From: a virus
Lineage: Duplodnaviria > Caudoviricetes
Strand: one strand, 5' to 3'
DNA: 64,000 nucleotides
IMG/VR virus record: IMGVR_UViG_2718218211_000001
Span: 1 to 64,000 of that record
A program made the translations under genes and the position numbers. The notes under the pieces were generated by a model. It searched no databases. It had not been told where the DNA came from and saw only the letters and a list, made by a program, of their open reading frames with translations. Positions within the stretch are counted from its first letter, which is position 1. Every line of letters begins with the position of its first letter. Positions 58,389-64,000 of this stretch are shown here, one piece after another.

Positions 58389-58530
58389 GGCACAAACCTA
58401 CAGCCTTGAATGAAGGCTTTCCCCGCCTGCGGTTTGTGTGGTTGTCGGTACAAATACCGCGCATTGTTTCACTGCCCCTATCACCGCAACCATAAGGCTC
58501 CAGTAAGTTTTTTCTAACGGAGCACGGCTC

Positions 58531-59364
58531 ATGACAGTGAAAGCAAAGCGTTTTCGCATCGGGGTGGAAGGTGCCACCACCGACGGACGCGAAATCCAGC
58601 GTGAATGGCTGGAACAGATGGCAGCCAGCTATAACCCGGCGGTGTATACCGCGCTGATTAACCTTGAGCACATCAAGTCTTATCTGCCGGACAGCACCTT
58701 TAACCGCTACGGCAAGGTGACGGCGCTGTTTGCTGAAGAAATCACGGAAGGTCCGCTGGCAGGCAAGATGGCTCTGTATGCTGACGTTGAGCCAACGGAG
58801 CCCCTGGTGGAACTGGTGAAAAAAGGCCAGAAATTATTCACCTCTATGGAAGTCAGCCCGAAGTTCGCTGATACGGGCAAAGCCTACCTGGTCGGCCTGG
58901 CTGCCACTGATGACCCTGCCAGTCTGGGCACTGAAATGCTGACATTCAGCGCCAGTGCAGCCCATAACCCGCTGGCAAACCGCAAGCAGAATCCCGCCAA
59001 TCTCTTTACCGCCGCAGAGGAAACGGTGATCGAACTGGAAGAAGTCCAGGACGACAAACCGTCCCTGTTTGCCCGCGTCACGGCGCTGTTTACCAAAAAA
59101 GAGCAGTCCGATGACGCCCGGTTCTCTGATGTGCATAAGGCCGTGGAGCTGGTCGCCACTGAGCAGCAGAACCTGAGCGCACGCACCGAAAAATCCCTGT
59201 CTGAGCAGGAAGAACGCCTGTCTGAGCTGGAGACTGCCCTGCAGGCACAGCAAACCGCCTTTAACGAACTGGTGGACAAGCTGAGTCATGAAGACAGCCG
59301 CCAGGACTACCGCCAGCGTGCAACAGGCGGTAACGCCCCCGCTGACACTCTGACCAATTGCTGA
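58531..59364 (+). CDS. Capsid scaffold O
   Basis: EGATTDGR, TDDPASLGTE. Confidence 0.95.
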   Translation: MTVKAKRFRIGVEGATTDGREIQREWLEQMAASYNPAVYTALINLEHIKSYLPDSTFNRYGKVTALFAEEITEGPLAGKMALYADVEPTEPLVELVKKGQKLFTSMEVSPKFADTGKAYLVGLAATDDPASLGTEMLTFSASAAHNPLANRKQNPANLFTAAEETVIELEEVQDDKPSLFARVTALFTKKEQSDDARFSDVHKAVELVATEQQNLSARTEKSLSEQEERLSELETALQAQQTAFNELVDKLSHEDSRQDYRQRATGGNAPADTLTNC

Positions 59365-59380
59365 TGGAGCACAAAACCCG

Positions 59381-60445
59381 ATGAAGAAGAATACCCGCTT
59401 TGCTTTTAACGCTTACCTGCAGCAGCTGGCGCGTCTGAACGGTGTGGCAGTTGAAGAACTGTCCAGCAAATTCACTGTGGAGCCGTCTGTGCAGCAGACG
59501 CTGGAAGACCAGATCCAGCAGTCCGCCGCTTTCCTGACGCTGATTAACGTCACGCCAGTGACTGAGCAGTCCGGTCAGCTGCTGGGGCTGGGTGTTGGCA
59601 GCACCATTGCCGGAACCACCGATACCACCACCAAAGAGCGCGAGCCTACCGATCCGACGCTGATGGAAGACGTGGAATATAAATGCGAACAGACCAACTT
59701 TGATACGGTGCTGACCTACGCAAAACTGGATCTGTGGGCCAAGTTCCAGGACTTCCAGGTGCGTATCCGCAACGCCATCGTCAAGCGTCAGGCGCTGGAC
59801 CGCATCATGATCGGCTTTAACGGCGTGAAGCGCGCCAAAACCTCAAATCGTGCTGAAAACCCGCTGCTGCAGGACGTCAATAAAGGCTGGTTACAGAAAA
59901 TCCGCGAAGACGCGCCGGATCATGTTATGGGCAGTAAAACCGCAGAAGACGGCACCACTACTGCGGAGCCGGTAAAAGTAGGTCCGGGTGGTAAATATGT
60001 AAACCTTGACGCTATGGTGATGGATGCCGTCAACGAGCTGATCGATGTGGAGTATCAGGATGATGATGAGCTGGTTGTTGTCTGTGGTCGTGAACTGCTG
60101 TCTGACAAGTATTTCCCGCTGGTCAACAAAGAGCAGGACAACAGCGAAAAAATTGCCGCCGATCTGATCATCAGCCAGAAACGTATGGGCGGCCTGCAGG
60201 CCGTGCGTGCGCCTTATTTCCCGGCAAATGCCCTGCTGATCACCCGTCTGGATAACCTGTCCATCTACTGGCAGGAAGATACCCGCCGCCGTTCTGTTAT
60301 CGACAACCCGAAACGTGACCGGATTGAAAACTTTGAGTCCGTCAACGAGGCGTATGTGGTCGAGGACTACCGCTGCGCGGCGCTGGTTGAAAACATCGAA
60401 ATCGGTGATTTCAGCGCGCCTGCGGCACCGGAAGGTGGGGAATAA
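59381..60445 (+). CDS. Major capsid protein N
   Basis: ALDRIMIGFNG, NPLLQDVNKGWLQ. Confidence 0.95.
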   Translation: MKKNTRFAFNAYLQQLARLNGVAVEELSSKFTVEPSVQQTLEDQIQQSAAFLTLINVTPVTEQSGQLLGLGVGSTIAGTTDTTTKEREPTDPTLMEDVEYKCEQTNFDTVLTYAKLDLWAKFQDFQVRIRNAIVKRQALDRIMIGFNGVKRAKTSNRAENPLLQDVNKGWLQKIREDAPDHVMGSKTAEDGTTTAEPVKVGPGGKYVNLDAMVMDAVNELIDVEYQDDDELVVVCGRELLSDKYFPLVNKEQDNSEKIAADLIISQKRMGGLQAVRAPYFPANALLITRLDNLSIYWQEDTRRRSVIDNPKRDRIENFESVNEAYVVEDYRCAALVENIEIGDFSAPAAPEGGE

Positions 60446-60448
60446 CGT

Positions 60449-61102
60449 ATGAGCCTGAGTCCCGCACGGCAGCACCGCCTGCGCATTCAGGCCGAACAGG
60501 CCGCCCGTGAGGGCGGCAGTGTTCGCCGCCATGCGTCTGGCTATGACCTGATGCTGCTGCAACTGGCAGAAGATCGCCGTCGCCTTAAAGGCATCCAGTC
60601 CACGGTGAAAAAGGCGGAAATCAAGGTGGAGCTGCTGCCGAAATATTCTGCCTGGGCGGAGGGTGTGCTGGCTGCCGGAGGTACACAACAGGATGACGTG
60701 CTGATGTACGTGATGCTGTGGCGTATCGACGCCGGTGATTATGCCGGTGCGCTGGAAATCGGGCGTCATGCGCTGCGCCATGGCTGGGTGATGCCGCTGG
60801 GCAACCGTAACGTGCAGACCGTGCTGGCAGAAGAAATGGCAGACGCGGCGCAAAGCGCTCTGCTGGCCGCTGCCGGTTTTGATGCCGATCTGCTTCTGCA
60901 GACGCTGGACCTGACAACTGATCTGGATATGCCGGACCAGTCGCGGGCGCGACTGCATAAAGCCATCGGCGCTGTACTGAGCGAAAGCAACCCGGCGTCT
61001 GCCCTGAATCACCTTACCCATGCGCTGCAGCTTGATCCCCGCTGCGGTGTGAAAAAAGAAAAGCAGCAGCTGGAGCGCAGACTGCGCAATGACAGCCGCT
61101 AA
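60449..61102 (+). CDS. Terminase endonuclease subunit M
   Basis: MLWRIDAGDY, DMPDQSRARL. Confidence 0.92.
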   Translation: MSLSPARQHRLRIQAEQAAREGGSVRRHASGYDLMLLQLAEDRRRLKGIQSTVKKAEIKVELLPKYSAWAEGVLAAGGTQQDDVLMYVMLWRIDAGDYAGALEIGRHALRHGWVMPLGNRNVQTVLAEEMADAAQSALLAAAGFDADLLLQTLDLTTDLDMPDQSRARLHKAIGAVLSESNPASALNHLTHALQLDPRCGVKKEKQQLERRLRNDSR

Positions 61103-61195
61103 AGAACGTGCCCCGCGCACGGGCGGCACGGGATGGCGAAAGGCACTGCCACATCAAAATTCCGTCCACCGCCCACTTATTCAGGAGAAAGCCGC

Positions 61196-61660
61196 ATGAA
61201 GTTTGTTGCGCCCGAACAGGTGCCGGAACAGGCGGAGGTCATCAAAAATACGCCGTTCTGGCCTGATGTGGACCTGTCGGAATTTCGCAGTGTGATGCGA
61301 ACTGACGGCACGGTGACGCAGCCACGTTTAAAGCAGGTTGTGCTGACGGCTATTTCTGAGGTTAACGCTGAGCTGTACGACTTCCGCAACCGCCAGCAGT
61401 TTCTGGGCTACCGGGCACTGGCTGAGGTTCCGGCGGATATGCTGGACGGCAAAAGCGAGCGTATCCAGCACTACCACAACGCCGTTTTTTGCTGGGCGCG
61501 TGCTGTGCTCAATGAGCGTTATCAGGACTATGACGCCACGGCGTCAGGCGTGAAGCGAGGGGAGGAGCTGGCGGAGGCCTGCGGCGATCTGTGGCGTGAT
61601 GCCCGCTGGGCTATCAGCCGGGTGCAGGATGCGCCGCACTGTACGGTGGAGCTTATCTGA
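61196..61660 (+). CDS. Head completion protein L
   Basis: NTPFWPD...TVELI. Confidence 0.9.
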   Translation: MKFVAPEQVPEQAEVIKNTPFWPDVDLSEFRSVMRTDGTVTQPRLKQVVLTAISEVNAELYDFRNRQQFLGYRALAEVPADMLDGKSERIQHYHNAVFCWARAVLNERYQDYDATASGVKRGEELAEACGDLWRDARWAISRVQDAPHCTVELI

Positions 61661-61863
61661 TGAAAGTGCGTGCGCATCAGTATGACACGGTGGACGCGCT
61701 TTGCTGGCGTCATTACGGGCGCACGCAGGGTGTCACTGAGCAGGTTCTGCAGGCAAATCCGGGGCTGGCTGAGTACGGCCCATTTTTACCGCACGGGCTG
61801 CAGGTGGAGCTGCCGGACATTACGGCGTCAACCACGGCGCAGACCGTCCAGCTATGGGACTGA
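61660..61863 (+). CDS. Tail protein X
   Basis: DTVDALCWRHYG...VQLWD. Confidence 0.92.
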   Translation: MKVRAHQYDTVDALCWRHYGRTQGVTEQVLQANPGLAEYGPFLPHGLQVELPDITASTTAQTVQLWD

Positions 61864-61866
61864 ATT

Positions 61867-62082
61867 ATGACGCTTGAACGAATCAGCGCCTTTATCACTT
61901 ACTGCATCGCCGTGCTGCTGGCATGGCTGGGCGATCTGTCGCTCAAGGACGCGTCAACGGTTGGCGGCGTACTGATTGGTGTGCTGATGCTGGCTATCAA
62001 CTGGTACTACAAACACCAGTCTTTCAAATTGTTACGTGGCGGCAAAATTTCGCGGGGGGAATATGAATCCTTCAATCGTTAA
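61867..62082 (+). CDS. Holin
   Basis: Small TM protein, INWYYK. Confidence 0.85.
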   Translation: MTLERISAFITYCIAVLLAWLGDLSLKDASTVGGVLIGVLMLAINWYYKHQSFKLLRGGKISRGEYESFNR

Positions 62083-62572
62083 GCGCTGCATTGTTGGGGC
62101 GGTGCTGGCTATCGCCGCCACGCTGCCCGGTTTCCAGTCGCTTCATACCTCCGTTGAGGGGCTGAAACTGATTGCCGATTACGAGGGATGCCGCCTGCAG
62201 CCTTATCAGTGCAGCGCAGGTGTCTGGACTGACGGGATCGGTAATACGTCCGGTGTGGTGCCGGGAAAAACCATAACGGAGCGGCAGGCGGCGCAGGGAC
62301 TTATCACCAACGTGCTGCGCGTGGAGCGGGCGCTGGAAAAATGTGTGGTGCAGCCGGTGCCGCAAAAGGTCTATGACGCGGTGGTGTCGTTTGCTTTCAA
62401 CGTGGGCACCGGCAACGCCTGCAGCTCCACGCTGGTTAAGTTGCTGAACCAGCGGCGCTGGGCGGATGCCTGCCATCAACTGCCGCGCTGGGTATATGTC
62501 AAAGGTGTGTTTAATCAGGGGCTGGACAACCGCCGCGCGCGGGAAATGGCCTGGTGCTTAAAAGGAGCATAA
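62063..62572 (+). CDS. SAR-type lysozyme (GH24)
   Basis: EGC...YQCSAGVWTDGIG, FNVG. Confidence 0.92.
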   Translation: MNPSIVKRCIVGAVLAIAATLPGFQSLHTSVEGLKLIADYEGCRLQPYQCSAGVWTDGIGNTSGVVPGKTITERQAAQGLITNVLRVERALEKCVVQPVPQKVYDAVVSFAFNVGTGNACSSTLVKLLNQRRWADACHQLPRWVYVKGVFNQGLDNRRAREMAWCLKGA

Positions 62573-62576
62573 CGGA

Positions 62577-62954
62577 ATGAAAAAGAAAGTCATGAGCGTT
62601 TTTTTCCAGCTGGCATGGGCTGCGCTGTTGGTTATCAGCCTGCTGTATCCGCGCAGCGGTGCGCCGGTTCTGGTTGGTACGTCTGTCTGGGTGTCATGCT
62701 TCCTCGCCTGGCTGCTTGCTGCGCTGTGCGCTGTCGGGTGGTTCGCCGGAGATCGGGTGCGCGATGAGGTCAGGGCGGCATTGCTGAAATTCAGGGCGCA
62801 CCCCGTAAAACCCGTGCGTACATGGGGAATCAGGCTGCTTATTGTTCTGTGCCTAGCGTTTTCTGGATGGGTGATCACCCTGGTGTTTTACCTGCTGACG
62901 TTGGTTTTGTATCAGATTGCCCGCGCGCAGCTTCATGAGCCGATGGCGGCCTGA
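62577..62954 (+). CDS. LysA-position membrane protein
   Basis: Multi-TM ORF between lysozyme and LysB. Confidence 0.7.
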   Translation: MKKKVMSVFFQLAWAALLVISLLYPRSGAPVLVGTSVWVSCFLAWLLAALCAVGWFAGDRVRDEVRAALLKFRAHPVKPVRTWGIRLLIVLCLAFSGWVITLVFYLLTLVLYQIARAQLHEPMAA

Positions 62955-63379
62955 TGCGTGCGCTGGCGGTAGTGCTGGCGCTGGTACTTGCGGCGCTGAG
63001 CTGGCAGTCATGGCGGCTTAACAATGCCAGCCACACCATCGAAACGCAGGGCGCGGCGCTGAAAAGCAAAACGCAGGAGCTGACGAAGAAAAACAGCCAG
63101 CTGATCGGCCTGTCCATTCTGACCGAAACCAACAGCCGGGAGCAGGCTCGGCTTTATGCGGCAGCGGAACAGACCACCGCACTTCTGCGCAGCCGCCAGC
63201 ACCGGATCGAGGAACTGAAACGTGAAAATGAGGATTTGCGCCGCTGGGCTGATACTCCTTTGCCTGCTGACATTATCCGGCTGCGGGAGCGTCCGGCCCT
63301 CGCCGGAGGTACAGCTTACCGTGAGTGGCTGTCCCAGAGTGACGCAGTGCCGTCTGGAAAGGTCAGCGCCGCGCAGTAA
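62954..63379 (+). CDS. lysB: LysB i-spanin
   Basis: N-terminal TM; ENEDLRRWADTPLP. Confidence 0.88.
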   Translation: MRALAVVLALVLAALSWQSWRLNNASHTIETQGAALKSKTQELTKKNSQLIGLSILTETNSREQARLYAAAEQTTALLRSRQHRIEELKRENEDLRRWADTPLPADIIRLRERPALAGGTAYREWLSQSDAVPSGKVSAAQ

Positions 63380-63512
63380 CGGCGATCTGAACGCGGTGCT
63401 GGATGAAACCGAGGCCGCCTGGGCGGTCTGTGCTGACAAAGTGGACACGATTATTGCGTGTCAGGAGCGAGACAGTGAACAAACCGCAGTCCTTACGCAG
63501 CGCCCTGAATAA
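63228..63512 (+). CDS. lysC: LysC o-spanin lipoprotein
   Basis: Lipobox LSGC; CPRVTQC; overlaps lysB. Confidence 0.85.
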   Translation: MRICAAGLILLCLLTLSGCGSVRPSPEVQLTVSGCPRVTQCRLERSAPRSNGDLNAVLDETEAAWAVCADKVDTIIACQERDSEQTAVLTQRPE

Positions 63513-63906
63513 AGCGGTTGCTTATGTCCGCGACAACCCGGACAAGCTGCACCTTTTCGTTGATAACGGCTCACTGGTGGCAACCAGTGCCAGCTCCATG
63601 TCATGGGAATACCGCTACACCCTGAACGTGGTGATCGAGGATTTCAGCGGCGACCAGAATCTGCTGATGGCTCCTGTGCTGCTGTGGCTAAGTGACAACC
63701 AGCCGGATGCTATCAATAACCCGGAGCTGCGCGAAAAACTGTTCACCTTTGAAGTGGATATTCTGCGCAACGATGTGTGCGATATCAGCCTGAACCTGCA
63801 ACTGACGGAGCGCGTGCGGGTCAGCACTAACGGCAGCGTGTCAAGCGTTGAAGCGGTGCCGGAGCCGGACGAACCCGAAGAAATGTGGACGGTGAAACGT
63901 GGATGA
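63475..63906 (+). CDS. Tail completion protein R
   Basis: NKPQSLR, NPDKLHLFVDNG. Confidence 0.9.
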   Translation: MNKPQSLRSALNKAVAYVRDNPDKLHLFVDNGSLVATSASSMSWEYRYTLNVVIEDFSGDQNLLMAPVLLWLSDNQPDAINNPELREKLFTFEVDILRNDVCDISLNLQLTERVRVSTNGSVSSVEAVPEPDEPEEMWTVKRG

Positions 63907-64000
63907 ACTGCAGAGGGTGGATGACTGGCTGACGGCGCTACTGGCGAATCTGGAGCCTGCCGCGCGCAGCCGTATGATGCGGCAACTGGCGCAACAGCTG
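63899..64000 (+). CDS. Tail completion protein S (partial)
   Basis: MDELQRVDDWLTALLANL..., truncated by the window edge. Confidence 0.8.
   Translation, partial: MDELQRVDDWLTALLANLEPAARSRMMRQLAQQL

Larger units (their letters stand above)
44589..64000. mobile_element. Fels-2/186-like P2-family prophage (continues past the window)
   Basis: int-cI-apl-cII-dam-A-tum-cos-Q-P-O-N-M-L-X-lysis-R-S gene order. Confidence 0.95.

Noticed and set aside
59891-61129. 412-aa minus-strand ORF
   Set aside because: Antisense shadow of GC-rich P2 capsid and terminase genes; no recognisable motifs.

Overview
Salmonella enterica chromosome at the fljBA / tmRNA (ssrA) integration hotspot. The window opens with fljB (phase-2 flagellin) and fljA. 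Two prophages follow in tandem, separated by displaced 3' fragments of ssrA (2653-2687 and 44589-44633). The first is a ~42 kb lambdoid siphovirus prophage with all modules present (int/xis, yfdPQR-type early genes, cI/cro, replication, Dam, RusA, Q, lysis, cos, lambda-like head and tail, dinI/umuD'). It carries an IS200 insertion, three homopolymer frameshifts, several AT-rich morons and a relic tRNA-Pro attachment site. The second is the first ~19 kb of a Fels-2/186-like P2-family prophage with a PRTase+DprA cargo pair at the cos-portal hotspot; it runs off the right edge. The most notable unexplained signals are an SOS box, promoter and RBS embedded inside the lambdoid cI gene, a ~900 nt structured pL leader with tRNA-like T-arms and no N gene, an orphan twin-hairpin leader after dinI, and an unannotated micro-peptide plus 2-TM gene cassette in the P2 early operon. 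All calls come from reading the sequence and recalled family motifs; no searches were run.
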